Below are positions 1-17,478 of a stretch of DNA of 64,000 nt, piece by piece. Position numbers and translations under genes: made by a program. The notes under the pieces are model-generated. The model worked only from the letters and a program-made list of their open reading frames with translations. It had not been told where the DNA came from and ran no database searches. The first letter of the stretch is position 1. Each line of letters begins with the position of its first letter. Source of the stretch: Chlorokybus atmophyticus (lineage: Eukaryota; Plantae; Mesostigma and Chlorokybus algae); the NCBI GenBank assembly GCA_009103225.1, contig RHPI01000810.1, positions 248,001-312,000 of the forward strand, given 5' to 3'.

Positions 1-1914
1 CGCGGTTGCAGTCATCAACGACTCGTTTCCCCACAGCAACAGCAGAATCTGACAAAATCTTTTATGCGAACAAGCGGTAACCTGCCATCAAATCTAAAGG
101 ACTGCCTTCCGCAGCAAGCCAGTTTGTAATGAGTGCACGACAATGGTTGCTGGAGACTCGCTAGCGGCGAGGCGCGTCAGGGGGACCTCGGCCCTTCAAC
201 CGGTCCATAACCAACATAGGTCGCCATCAACCGCCGCGAAGCGGCTGTAATTCACTGGCGTTGTTGCCTACGACAGCGATGCACCGGTTGCACGCACGAT
301 TGCAGCCGGTCCATTGCAGGTGGTGGGGGCAGAGCATGCGTTTTGTCAGCGAGCATACGGAAAGGCTCCAAGCGCAACCGTTACCGTTCCTCCGTAGCCA
401 CTTTCCGCCTAGCTACCAGAACGGTGTGTCAACCGGACATCTGAGGACGACGTACCTTCTCGCCATGTGTTGTCAGAGTTCTGACAGAGTCATGGCATGA
501 TGCATTATGCAGCGTGCAGATCATGTAGCAGTTTGCGAAATACTGGCATCCTTTGTGCAATGAACAATGCTGATATATCACGGTATCACCAGCATGGTAT
601 TGGGCCCACCGGTATTGTTTTAGGCATTCACAGCCATCAAGTTGTGACGCACGACATGACCATACCAGGCTGCTCATGCGTCATGACTCAGAACAGGTGG
701 ATGTCGCAATTGGTCATGGTCACAAAAACACTCAATGCTGCTCCTGTGAACACGACGGGAACAGTGCTGGCAAGCACGGCACGGCAAGAATAGTCCTTGG
801 CCTACATACATTGCACTGAGGTACAGGTGTACCATAAAGCAATACGGTAACAGGCCTGCCATATGCGCAGAGGCGCGTCGCAGAGCGGAGAGGTCTGATG
901 TTCAGGACACGGAGTCCGATGATAATCCGAACCCGTCGTGGGCCGTGACCAGGGGCCCTCACATGACAAGTCTCAACGCTGCGCTCATTATGTTATTGAC
1001 GCCTAAAGCACACCTACGCCTAGGCCTTATGCGAGTCGGTTTATTGAAAACCGCTGCACAAGAGGATGCTTCCAATGAAACAGCTCAGTCACAACTCAGT
1101 TAAGGCTCAGTCACTTTGACCGAGTTGCTGGCTCAGTCAGAGTGCAGCTTGTATGCCTATATACGCAACTCTCCAGCGGCAAGCTATGCAAGCTATGCGA
1201 GCGTCAACTGCGCCATGTCGACACTGGTGAGCCGAAACAGTGGCCCAAACCCCCTTTGGTCCTCGTGATAAAGGCACTGCTGTCTGAGACTCGGCACTGT
1301 GTAGAGTCTCAGACAGCAAGTTGACGGACATGCTATTAGGGCTTCCCGCGCACCGACCGTTCGGCAGTCAAAGCATGCTCAGCAGGCTGCCGGCAGTAGC
1401 AGCATAGGCAGCAGCAGCGGTGGTGGTGGTGGTGGCGTGGGCGGCGGCGGCGGCGGCGGTGTAGGTGGCGATAGCGGTGACGGAGCTTGGATGGAAATTT
1501 GAGTCGTGTTGGGGCTTGGTCGTGGTAGCAAAGTAGCGCAATCGGGTGTTTCATGGGGCGCAAGGCCAGCTGACACCAGTGACTGCTGCAGCTGCTCTTG
1601 CGTGTGTAGGCAGAGACGTTGACATTGTGTGTGTGTGCGCGCGTGCAAACTATGTGTAAAGCACACTAAGGTGTGCGAGTGAGCTGTTGCGCTTCTGTTG
1701 TGTGGTGGACGAGTTGGGTGGCAATTGGGCCATGCTTGCTGTTGCCAGACCGCGCCGTAGGGCGTGGTCTGTTGCTTGCTGTGGTGCGGGGCTCCCATTG
1801 AGAAGGAAGGCGCTGAGAGCAGCCCTCGCTTGGGCATAGCTTGTACTCATTGTCAGCTTGGTGTTGACGATCAATTTATCGCCGCCTGCGGGAGGCAGCT
1901 GGTAGCGTTGAGCA

Positions 1915-5989
<4,075 letters not shown>

Positions 5990-6335
5990 GCGCGTCCACG
6001 GATTGAATATATACCCCAACGCAATGGACACATCAGCATGGGCGGAGTTGTTGCCAGCCATGCCTGCGCATCTCGAGCAATCTCACAGGCAGACATTGGT
6101 GCTCTAGAAGAAAGGTCTTCTAGCACAGCGAATGGGAGCGCGTGATACTGTTTCCCAATTGCTATGAGGCATGCCCCCATTGATTGTCAACTACATAACA
6201 GGTAGACAGGTTGGTTAGTATTATTTACTTGCGGCAGTGCGTTATGCACTATTGATAGTCCATGTATACTGGTAATTAGACAGACAGCGGCTGCCATATC
6301 ATTACTAGCAAGGTTGCAATGTTGGCACGCTGTGC

Positions 6336-9300
6336 CTAGTCCTGTGATGTACTCGGGACATTAGGAACCCTGCACGCCCCAGCTTTGCAACTCTGAGCCA
6401 TGGGATTGCCCTTGTGACTTTCAACTCTCTGTTGGCTGATCATGGAGCATCTGTTCACTCCTGACCCACTCAATGTGCGTGTTTCTCGTAGATGTTCAAT
6501 GCAATCCCAATGTGCCCTCTTCCAGCAATTGAAGCAATCAGCAGCTACAATCGTATCCGTACCAGTGCTCGCATGAACAACTGCATTGCTGTACATGGTA
6601 TTTTCAGTACAGCAATAGTAATCTGACCCTAACAGCTAACCTCCTATGTCACCCAATTCATCAGGGGTGCCCGAACACCAGTTCTTACAAGTACATGGCC
6701 CGTTCTATCTGTCGGGCTGGGCGGATCAGCTACTAATGCAGCACGGTATGCAGCACCAGCAGGACCCAACGCCGTCAATAGCGCCTTATAATGAGCGACA
6801 AGCTGCTGCCTTGCAATCAACTTTGGCCCCCCAAGTTGCGGCTGCAGCTGAGCCGCAATGACAGCCTCCTGCACAACGCGCACGCTGCTCAACACGCACT
6901 GACGTTCCCTGAAGCCAAGCGTGCTTATTCGGCCCAGCAGCCGCATCGCCGTTGCAGCCAGCGCGCCAGCATCTGAGGAAGGAGGAAGCAATGGGTGTGC
7001 ATGCGCTCCAAACAGCCGACGGGACTTCATGACAAGCATCTCAAAGTTTGGAGGAGGGGAGATTGTGCGCATCGTCAGCTCGAACAGCTTCCGTATGGCA
7101 TCAATCGCGTTCCTGTCTGCGGCGAGCAGGTTGGCGCGCTGCTGCATCCCTGCCTCCGTGTGTGGTGCCGACAAAAGCCAGCAGCTGATGTGGCAGATGT
7201 TGCCAGTACATGTGTGCACTAGCGCGTCGACCAATGCGCAGCGCAAGCCAGCCCTCCAGCCCAGGACTAGTTGTGGAAAGCGGCCCAGCAGATACAGCAC
7301 CTCCCCGTAAAACGTATAGATGCTCACTTTCACACTCATCAGATCAGGCAGCTCACTGTGTGTGCTGATGGCGCGCGATAGCTTCAACAGCGGGGTCAGC
7401 ACTGGTGGCAACAGGTTCTGAAAACAGTCTGCCAGACTTTTGGAGTAGTTCATCGCCGTCAACGATGTGGCATCTCCGCGTTCAGAAACTATGCAATGTC
7501 CTCCATTGAGTTCCACGAGGGCAGGTACAGCAATACTTGTTGGGCAAACCGGCAGGATGATTGCATGGAGAAGCTTCACGCCAAGACTGGCTGCAAGCTC
7601 AAGGCCATCCTGCAAACACCAGCAGTTGGCACATTATACACCACACATGCTGGATGGACAGACACACAGCTTGTGGCTGTCTGGGAAACAAGGCGAGAGA
7701 CAGAACACAGTTTGTAGCAGCAATTGATTGCGATAGTGACATGGGAGGCATTGACCGGCGGCATGACAACCAGTTGCATGCTGCCACTGACCCTTTCACA
7801 GCACTGATTGATGTATGTGGGTAGCACAATGGATGTAGTGAACTTTGCCAGCGGCTTCATTCCTGTACCAGACGCTGCACTCGGCAATTGCCGATCCAGC
7901 ACAAACGTTGATGCGAGCTGGCGAAGCTTGGAAGTTGCCTGGATACAAACAGCGCATCAGGACAAGCTGCATGTACTGCAAAGCCCAGCAGGTGCTCAAA
8001 CATCAGCAAAAGCCACCACGCAAACCAACTGCTCAGTCCACAAGCACAGCGCAGGACAGATATGTGCTACAACACCTGACAATGACTTACTGGTACAGCC
8101 CCACTGCAGTGCGCTGCCGTGAATTCTACTGTCCTGTGCAACAGATGAACCAATGCTTGCAAGCAGAGCTCGTCGCGTGTGCAGTCTAGTGCAGCCAGCG
8201 CGTGCACGACCTGTTGTGCATCCAAGGATTCTTGTTGCACTTCAAACACGCTTGCAGAGAAGTACAACTGCAGGAACGACTGTAGCTGCGCTTCTGTAGC
8301 CGAGTCGCGCTTGCTGACAAAGAGACTACTGCAGCAGCATAGAGTAGAGGCTATAACTGATGTGCAGAGCTCGCCATAGAGGGCAATGCAGTCGGATCGC
8401 AGTGTCCTCGGGTTGCGCCAACAGTGTTGCATGGTCACAGCTAGCACTGCCAGTGCAGTCTTCCAGAACTGAAACAGTGCAGAGTTGCGAGCTTGACCTC
8501 GTACAGTGCTGCCTATGTTAAGCAGAACCTTGCGCACACAAGCAATGCGCCATCGGACGCAGTCCACGGTCAAAGTTTGAAGAACTTCGCTGAAACTGGT
8601 TGGCGAGGACACGCCATCAAAGTAGTTGGGACAGATGTGTTGGAGCTGATCTGTTAACAACACCTGGCAGGTTTGTTGAGAATCCGCCATCAACAAGAGC
8701 CAGATGGCAACAAGTTGGCTTTGCGTTGAAGACTCCGCATTCGGCAAATCCCGCAATGACAGCGCCCTCGTAAGCAATGCGCCCGGTACATGGCGTGCAT
8801 GCCAGTGTTCAGACCTGCACCACTGTGTAGTGCTCCCAAATATCTGCGTGAAGTGCTCCCAAGTGCGCAAGTTGGCGCGCAGCAGCAAGGACCATGCCTG
8901 AGCAGCTGTCTCCAGGCAGTCGTTGGCTAGAGTGATGCCTGCTGTGTTGCTGGTACTAGCGTGCACAGTAGCATGGTGCAGCATCTCGCCAAGGTGCATG
9001 ATAATGTTGCTTTCTATAGCTTTGGCGAATTGTTTCTGTATGGCACAAACTTGCAGTCAGTCCATGAGTTATGGGCAGAACTGCATCATAAGCTCTGATG
9101 CAGCTTATGATCTCACGACAATTGTCCAACGGCATCACTTACCTGTATTTGGTCAGCGAGCACCTGCTGTTCAATGTCAGCAAGATCATCAGCCGAGTCC
9201 TGCATCTCTTGTGGTGCGTGGGGCTGTACTTGGTGTGCACACTTCAAGATGGCATTTAGAGTCTCAAGAATACTCTGGCGAATAGCATGGTGCCCCGTCA

Positions 9301-12300
9301 CGTGCATTTTTATCAAATTCCCAAACCCTTCCGTCAAGAAGCAGTGAGCGTTGAGAGCCGCATTGCTCCCAACCTTGGCCACATTCTGCCGTATCTCATC
9401 CAACAGCACAGTACCCTGCAAGCAAGACAACAGCTTTGAGTCCCCAAATTATAACCAGTTGGGACAGTGTGAGAGAGAACTCTACCAAGGTGTTCCCATG
9501 CTGTTGGTCAGTGGTGCTGAAGAAGGTGTGAAGTGTGCCGCCGTGTTCTTGCAGATCACTCTCAAGCAAAGGTCTCCCTAATTCCAAGGTTTTATTGAAG
9601 ATGTCCTCCAGCAAGCCATCCACCTCTGCTGCCACCTTCTGCACCAAGGCTTCACCCATCGCGTTCGGCTGTGGCACTTGGCCAAACAGCAAGATGGCGC
9701 GCAGTACCACACGTTGCACCTGGCACGAGCAAACGCAGATTGTTGGAGGTACGTCAGCTTATTGTATTTGTGCCAGGGAAGAGCACACGTTAATTGGCAC
9801 GAGAAAGTTTTGATTGGACATGGTAACTCACGTCATGGTGGATGCGCGGAAGTGAAGTCAGCATAGCACATAGTCGCTTAAGAAGGCCACCTGGCGAACG
9901 TGGTCAGACCCAACACATGGTCGATTAATGTTGGAATCGCTCCAATCCACCGCGCAGCGTTCTGCGTCATGACAACACTTACCATGTTGCTCTGCAGGCA
10001 AGACGCGGGCCAATACAAGGATCAGCTGTACTGAATGCCGCAAACTTGCCAGAAGACATGACAAGTAGGCATCTCTGGAGGTGTTGGGAGCTGCACCTAG
10101 TTCAACTGATGGCATAACCATGTTGAGCAACTTGGATGCCTCACTCACCACCTGCACCACAGCAAGGGGGTTTGCATCGCATCTCTCATGTTCTTGTGAA
10201 TTGAACACCAACCAGCATGATACCTTGGCCAATGTACGCGGATGCTTTGACGTGAAGTGCAGATAAATGATGCGCAGGATTGTATGGCACGGCGGTTCTG
10301 ACGGCGGCACAGGTGCTAGCAGAGTTTGCTCATCGTGAATGCCTGCACGCAGAGTGCCATGCCGTTACTGCGCATGGAAAACAGATCAAAAGGGTGCTAT
10401 GCTCGTACCTGAAAGAAAGGGCGCGAAGTCTGCACAGCAACTCCATGCGCGCTGTGTTGGTCTAGAAGCATCCTGCTTGCATGCGTTCTGCAGCTGTTTC
10501 CATAATAGGACTGGCACCTTGAAACCAAACATAAACACTGTCACACTAGTGGGATTTTGAGCTGACCATGTGCAATCAGCACCATGCTCAACATAAGCTG
10601 GTACACTGATGACATGTACCTCAATGTCTGTTGGGAAGCAACGCATTAGAGCCAAGCAACGCTGCAGAATGATGCGAGCTCGCCCCTGCTCAGAATTCCA
10701 CTCTGCACCTCGCAGCCACCCTTGTATGCTCATAGCCATTGGCTTTGTGCCGTTGAGCTTGACAAACAGAGGGCGCACAGTCAGCATGCGCACGGCGATG
10801 CGCCATGGTGCGGATGATGGCTCCGCTCCCGAGCTTGTAGTAGCATCAGTTTGCAACTGCAGGCATGCTGCGAGTAGCAGAGCTGCCCAGCCTCGCTCTG
10901 CATGATCCTCGGTTTCTGTTGCTGCCCTTTTTACACACGCATGCAACTGATCCCAGAACATACTTCCATTGAAGCACGCAGAGTCATGATAAGCCTTCAA
11001 CTGCACCCATAACGGTGCAAAAGGCTGCTGACTGAATGTCGCATGCGAGCTGTGACTGATCTTTGGAGCGAGCAGGCATGTTGCAGGCTCTGCACTAATG
11101 GCTTCAAACAGTTCTTCCAGTACACACCCAACGTACGTGTCTCCTGCAGCTTTCAAGTTCCCTTCCAGGACCAGCTTCAGCACACGATCGTATGTGCATT
11201 CTGTAGCAACTGGTTGATTATTTCGGGCTTCCCCAACAGGACACCTGGCTTGAAGGAGTTGAAACCAGTTGACTGCGTGCCAGCAGATCATGAGATGAAC
11301 CCTGATGCTGACACTGAAGCTTGAAGGCTGATCACTTGCCGTGGGATATTCAACCGTGGTTGTGCTTGTCAATGCAGACGACAATGGGCCCAGCTCCGCA
11401 TGCACAGCGGCTAGCATTCTCGCCAAAGCCTCTGTGAACTGCGACTGCAGCTGTGGTTGAGTTGCTCTGGGAAGCAAGTGGTACACTTGCATGGTTATGA
11501 ACTCAAGGAGCTGCTTGAAGGCCTTCACTGGCTCCTGCACAACAGCATCTTGCAATGACATGAATGGCACGACAGCCAGTCGCAGCACATGCATGGCGCC
11601 ATGCGCTTTTGTAACTAATCCCAAACAGCAATAGCCAGAACTTGCAGACACCACACCTCTGCATTGGAGCTTTCCATGTGGATGCTGCCCAACTCAACAA
11701 GTCTCCATAACCTGTACAAGCCAAACGCATCAAGCCAGGCCACTGCAGTCAGCTACCGCAAGACAGAAGGCATAGCCATAGCCACAGAATGCCACCTTAA
11801 TCTGTTTAACATGGCAGCTGTCAAGGTTTGGAACTCCGTTTGCCCCAGTAGTAACTTGTTGAGGAATGCATGTCCATAAAACCGCGTAGACGCAATTGTC
11901 TTCAATGGTGGAGATGTCTCACCGAGTGGCTGCTTACAGCCAATACACCAGTCAGATTCTTCACAGCCGGTCAACATACCATGCTGTGACGGAAGGACTG
12001 AAGGCACCTCATTGGGGGCAAGGCAACCAGCTTGTGCTGTCGCCAACAATGACGTCAGCTCGTTGCACACCCTCCAGGGCAACTGTCGTGGTGTCGTAGC
12101 TGCTGCGGCCGTAGCTGCTGTAGCTGCTGCTGTGCAATGACTGGACACGAAATCCGCTTGCGAGTCACCAACGGTGTTGAAGGTTTGCCTCGGTTCTTGC
12201 AAGGGTGCCTGCATGCCTGACAACTCTTCTGCACCTGGCATAAACTATGCAAGTCAGCGAAAGCATTGCAAGCAGGACAAGTGACAGCATTGCAACGCAG

Positions 12301-13812
12301 GACAAGTGAAAGCAATGCAAAGCAGGACAGTTATCAGACCTGCGGCCTCATTGCGAGAAGCGCGTGCAGCTCCTTGTACAAACTGGGCTGTGCGCCTTTC
12401 AGTCAACGTAGTCTGCCTTGCATGCACCAATCTGCGCGGGCGCTTCTGGTTGGGTTGGTCGCTGGTGTCCAACCAGTCGCCCAAAGAGTCCCTTCGCTGC
12501 TCTTTTTTCCTTGACTTCTGACGGCCATTGCACTGTCTGCAGATTGCATGTGCCTGATGGAGTGTGCTTGGCCTGTGCACGTGTTTGTGGTTGTTGGGGA
12601 CAGCTGCATCGTGCTGGCGTTGCCGAGAAGCCGTGACCCCTCCTTCTGCACAGGAGGAAGGAGACTAAGCATACTTGTGCTGTTTTTTGGGCCACATTGA
12701 TGCATCCGCATGGTTGTTATGGACGATTGTTTGCAAATAAACATGGATGTTGTGCACAATCCACAAGGTTTAACAACGAAGCTGGACATCATAAGCCCAC
12801 CTTGACGGCATACCTGTGCTGTTTTTTGGGCCACAGTGATGCATCCACATGGTTGTTATGGACGATTTGTTTGCACATAAACATGGATGTGTTGTGCACA
12901 ATCCACAAGGTTAACAACGAAGCTGGACATCATTAGCCCACCTTGACAAGCAGCGACGTGGCTCCTTTCTTGAAGAGGCACAGATGGAGACTCTAATTCA
13001 TAACATCTAAACAACACAAACAACGTCAACCACACGCCAACGGAAGACATGAATGCAGGCTTTGCTGTCACCATACCTACAACGAGGGAGCCGGCGGACA
13101 GGCTTGTGGGACTCGGGGGAATCCATGCTTGCATACTGATCAGTTTCTACAGAGTCCTCGCTGTTGCTCGTAATCGTGACGACTGGGATTGCCATTGCCG
13201 GCAAGCTCGGAGACTCTCCACCCCACTGCGCATCATTCCCATCGCCTTCTTCTGGTCTCCCTGGCGATGGACTCCACAACGGTTTCGCTAACAGGGGGCT
13301 CACTTGTTCAACTGCAACTGCATTTGCTGTCTGATGAAACCCAATGGACAGGTGCGGGGAGCCTATGCTGCATGCTGTCTGTTGTGCCTTGTGATGTGCT
13401 TTCGGCAAGGGCCGCGCCGGGGATTGGCAGGCAGTGTCCAATGGATTACGAAGGGAGTCCAAACCATCTGCAGAGATGTTTGGGCTAGACAACACCTGTG
13501 TCGATGTGGTGAACCCTGCTGAGCGTCTTGCCTGTGCAACTTGAGGGTGCCGCAACCTTCGGCGCACATTTTGAGACAATAACATAGTCGGCCTCGACTC
13601 AAAGCCGTCTGAAGTGTGCTGATTGTCGTTGGCTTCATCCTGGCTTGAGGAGCTGCAGCTGTCTTCAACAAAATCCTCATAACCACTCGCTGCGTTGGCT
13701 GTTTGATGCCAAGCTGCCTCACGGGAGACACCCAGCTGCAAACCATCACTGTCGGACTCCGTGTCTTGAACGCTTTCACCATCAGAAGAGACTGTACCCG
13801 CACTCAGTTCTG
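6336..13812 (-). CDS. large multi-exon helical-repeat protein, tentatively MMS22L/Mms22-like; both ends approximate, true start lies further upstream
   Basis: Long minus-strand ORFs (6644-7615, 8067-8999, 9396-9719, 9858-10310, 10386-11654, 13007-13816) are separated by intron-like gaps. The segment LWVQL..HD...MFWDQLHACVK...GWAALLLAA...PWRIAVRML...RIILQRCLALMRCFPTDIEVPVLLW follows the motif order I recall for metazoan MMS22L. The N-terminus is acidic and low-complexity. Gene presence is well supported; the family call is from memory. Confidence 0.5.
12669..12947. repeat. tandem duplication, 2 copies of ~139 bp, in an intron of the MMS22L-like gene
   Basis: GCATAC(T/C)TGTGCTGTTTTTTGGGCCACA...AGCCCACCTTGAC occurs at 12669-12806 and 12808-12947, with a few substitutions and small indels. 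Confidence 0.95.
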
Positions 13813-14619
13813 CCACACAGCATGCAGCATGGATGAGCTAAGACTGCACATAGCGTCAACGTTGTGCATGCAACTGAGCATAGGCCGCTGTCACGCATGA
13901 AGGTACTGGTGGTCGCAAGAAGCTGGCTTTACCATGCTAATATCATACTGTTAGCACTAGTGCAATAACTCCCAAGTTCTATATTGCAGAGATAGCCATA
14001 ACGGCAAAGTTCCACAGGTCACCTAGCATACAGACTGCCTATTCGCTATGTGTACTATGTATCATCTACCCTAGGCTGTATGTACGTCTCCGTTGTCGTG
14101 GTCAGTGCAAAGCGAAATGGAGCTCATCACTTGACATGTACGACCCTCGGACACTTCCTTGTAAGATCTACGCACTCAAAGCTTTGACAGCCGTGTCCTG
14201 GCTGCAAGAATGTCCGCCAGCCACCAACGCTGCGCATGCAATTGCAGACATTGAAAGCGTTGACAAGGTTGGAGGCGGTGGTGTAAAGCCTAAGTTACGT
14301 GCTTAGTGCCAGGATTCGACCCTAACGGCTGTAACAGGGGTATAACAGGCGTAAAGGGCAATGCAGAACAGTGGCCATCAAGGCAATGCGGCTCATGCTC
14401 GGCTTAAGGTGAGGAAACGCGTAACACATGATAATGCACCAACGCCTGTCGAGCGTGTTGAGCAAAAGGGCCTTGCATGGTTGCGTAGCCTAGCTCTAAC
14501 TGCATGTTCCACAAAAGTTGTCAACCTGCTTAGCCAAAGCTCGTACCATACTCGACTTGCTGGCGCGGCCGCACAAACACAAACGCCTCGCCTCCCTTCA
14601 TCCGTAGCGCGACATGCTT

Positions 14620-14735
14620 CCGTCCTCTCACTCCCCCTCCTCCCGCTCCGGCTCTTCCTCCTCCTCCTCCTCCTCCTCCTGCTCCGGCTCCTGCTACTCC
14701 ACCTCATCCGCCGCCGCCGCTGCTGCAGCAGCAAG
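14620..14735. repeat. (CCT)n/(CCG)n/(CAG)n low-complexity tract in the divergent promoter/5' region between the MMS22L-like gene and GPI8
   Basis: The trinucleotide runs are directly visible. The antisense Arg/Ser-rich ORF 14393-14734 is a by-product of them. Confidence 0.8.
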
Positions 14736-14846
14736 CAAACTGCGCGTAGCAGAAGTTAGTGTTGGCGGGAAGAATGCTAACAGCAGGCATGCTGGCAGCT
14801 GCTTCATTCATGTGCTTTGAGGCTTGCTTTGGCAGTGAGGGTGTCC

Positions 14847-17478
14847 ATGATGGCGGCAAGGGCGGCGGCGCAATGGGTTTTGTTGCTGGCGGCGGCGTGT
14901 GTCGTATGGCACGTCGGGTTGCTGCGTGCGAATGCATTCCCCGCAATTGGTCCGGCTGTTTTGGGAGGTAGCAGGTCGCACACCAACAACTGGGCAGTGC
15001 TGGTGTGCACGTCCCGCTTCTGGTAGGTGCGAGTGCTGCTCGCTTCACTTTGGACCAACTTTGGATGATGGTCGTAGCACATGCGTTGCACGAACCGACT
15101 GTGCTGTCTGTTCGTATTTTTCCAGGTTCAATTACCGTCATGTCGCCAATACGCTCTCCATGTACAGGCAAGCCCTTCCTATCAAGATCTCATTGCCATT
15201 ATGCACTCGTGACAGCGGGTTGGTACAGAAGTGGGGTATGGCGAAGGGATTGAGCATTAGGGTTTTGTTTGCTTGTGCGCTCACCGTGGGCATGGGTACA
15301 TGCTCAGTATCGGTTGTTCGATGTTCCTGCGCTGTGATCTGATTGGCGGCTTGCGCTAAGGAGACTGTAGCATACAGGCATGCACATGCACACATGCGCA
15401 CGCATACATGGGCATGCGCGTACACAGACATGCACTCATGTGCTCCCGCACACGTGCGCACACGCGCGAGCCCAGCCTGTATGGCACCTGACCTTTTGTT
15501 TTCTCTTGGGCAGACGTGTACGCGTGCATGCGTACGTGCATACATCGACGTGGATATGTGTTTAATGTGCGGGTGCTTGAGCAATCTAGTTACAAACTTG
15601 GCTGCATTGCAGAACGGTTAAGCGTCTTGGTATACCAGATAGCCGCATCATCTTGATGTTGGCGGATGACATTGCCTGCAACCCTCGCAACAGCTTCCCA
15701 GCGCAAGTGCGCAACAATAACGACCCAGCCAGGCGCCTCAATGTCTACGGCGCCAATGTAGAGGTGAGTGTTCGAGCAGTTATGAAACAGTTATGAAATG
15801 TAGAGGTGAGTGTTCGAGCAGTTATGAAACAGTGTGCTGTGTCACGATATATTGGTCCATGATGGTTAACACTCCAACTGCAATCACGATGAGAATGCGT
15901 GAGCACTGACTTGTCATATCGTACTTATGCATGGTGTGCTGACGGGTGTTTGGCGACACAGTGACCCTGTGGTTGGCGCCAAGCAGGTGGACTATCGCGG
16001 TTATGAAGTCACAGTTGAAAACTTTCTCAGAGTGCTGACAGGGCGCCACGCACCTGAGGTTGTATTTACACAAGCAGTTTAACTGCCGAATGTTGTTTAA
16101 GAGTTCGTTGAGTTCTTTTTCGATGCTGTAATCATTGGTTGACAATGCTGATAGTGGCCTGTTGTTATTTCCAGGTCCCGCGCTCAAAGCAATTGTTGAC
16201 CGACAGCAGCAGCAACATTCTAGTGTACCTCACCGGCCATGGCGGTGCTGATTTCCTCAAGTTTCAAGATGCGGAGGAGATTCATGCGCAGGACATTGCC
16301 GATGCCTTTGCCCAGATGTATAAGAAGCGCAGGTAGCCAGCATGCTGCTGACGCAACACGCATCCTTCCCACATGCGCATGCATGCTTGATTCATGCAAT
16401 TGTCACTCTCGTGTAAACTGTCTTCCAACAGGTACAACGAAGTGCTCTTCATATCTGACACCTGCCAAGCAGCATCACTGTACACAAAGGCAGGGCTTTT
16501 GAACAAGTATCTTATGTGTAAAGCCTTTTCATGATGCACACTTCGTTTGCCTCCATCCACAGCGCTGAGCCCAGTTGACATGCAGATTTCAAGCCCTGGC
16601 ATCTTGGCAATGGCGAGCAGTAAACTTGGAGAAAACTCGTATTCCTATCATGCTGATCCCGAGGTATGCAGTTCATCTTGTGCTCGTTAGCAGAATTTGG
16701 CTAGTATGCCGTAAAAAGATATGTTGCTCTTCGCGTACCAGAGCATTAGCGTGTGTGCGAGTATGTGTTGATGGTCAGTCTCCGTAGCTGCAGCAGCTTA
16801 TGATCATCAAAGATCGTTGTTAATCATTGCTTAGCTGTGTAGATGCACTACACAAGGTACCAGCACCCTGAGCCTTCCACTGACTGCGTGTGTACAGACT
16901 GGAGTATCAGTGATCGATCGCTGGACATTAGCAACATTGGAGTTCTTTGAACATGTTGCTATTGATAGCAGGACCACCATGCACAGGTCGGTGCCTATGC
17001 ATATATTCAGCCACACAGCGCAAGGTTCTGGCACGTCTCTAGCGACTGACAGTTGTACCTGCCCAGGCTCCTGACAAGCTACAACCCAGATGTTGTGATG
17101 TCAACGCTTCAGTACCGGACCGATCTCTTCCAAAGACCTGTTGCGAAGACGATGGTGACAGATTTTTTCGGTTCCATGACGGCTGCGCAGTACACAAACG
17201 AAGCGTATCCGTCTTTTCAGGGTGCACGCAGCTCCGCGAAGGTTTGCAGCTCCAGAGAAGTCAGTTCAGAGAGCTCTCATGCCTTCAATGCGACCCAACT
17301 GTCCAGTCCAACCACAACTGCCAGCCGGAGAGCAATCGCACCTCTTCAGAACGCGTACGACACTCCAGTGCTGGCCGGAGTGCTTTTGCTAGCGGTGATT
17401 GTCGCGGCTGCATCTCTGCGCAGTAAGCCTTCAAACGATGTAATGCGCAGTGTGACTGTTCCCGCAACCTTACACTAA
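14847..17478 (+). CDS. GPI8: GPI-anchor transamidase catalytic subunit (PIG-K/GPI8, peptidase C13), 8 exons
   Basis: Signal peptide, then [57 protein letters not shown], catalytic YLTGHGG and DTCQA, ENSYSYH, a C-terminal hydrophobic helix, and stop TAA at 17476-17478. Confidence 0.95.
15755..15832. repeat. perfect 36-bp direct repeat (period 42) that duplicates a GPI8 splice donor
   Basis: AATGTAGAG|GTGAGTGTTCGAGCAGTTATGAAACAG occurs at 15755 and 15797. Confidence 0.95.

Noticed and set aside
261-962. Short ORFs at the window start
   Set aside because: No recognisable motifs, no consistent splice structure, and stops in all frames.
1336-1837. Pro-rich and His/Arg-rich ORFs upstream of the PKG-like gene
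   Set aside because: They come from GGT/GGC/CAG microsatellites in the promoter or 5' UTR and have no domain content.
14300-14330. tRNA-like T-loop GGATTCGACCC
   Set aside because: No acceptor, D or anticodon stems can be built around it. No tRNA, rRNA or snRNA gene was recognisable anywhere in the window.
14393-14734. Arg/Ser-rich ORF resembling an SR protein
   Set aside because: It is the antisense translation of (CCT)n/(CCG)n tracts, has no RRM and starts at a non-ATG codon.
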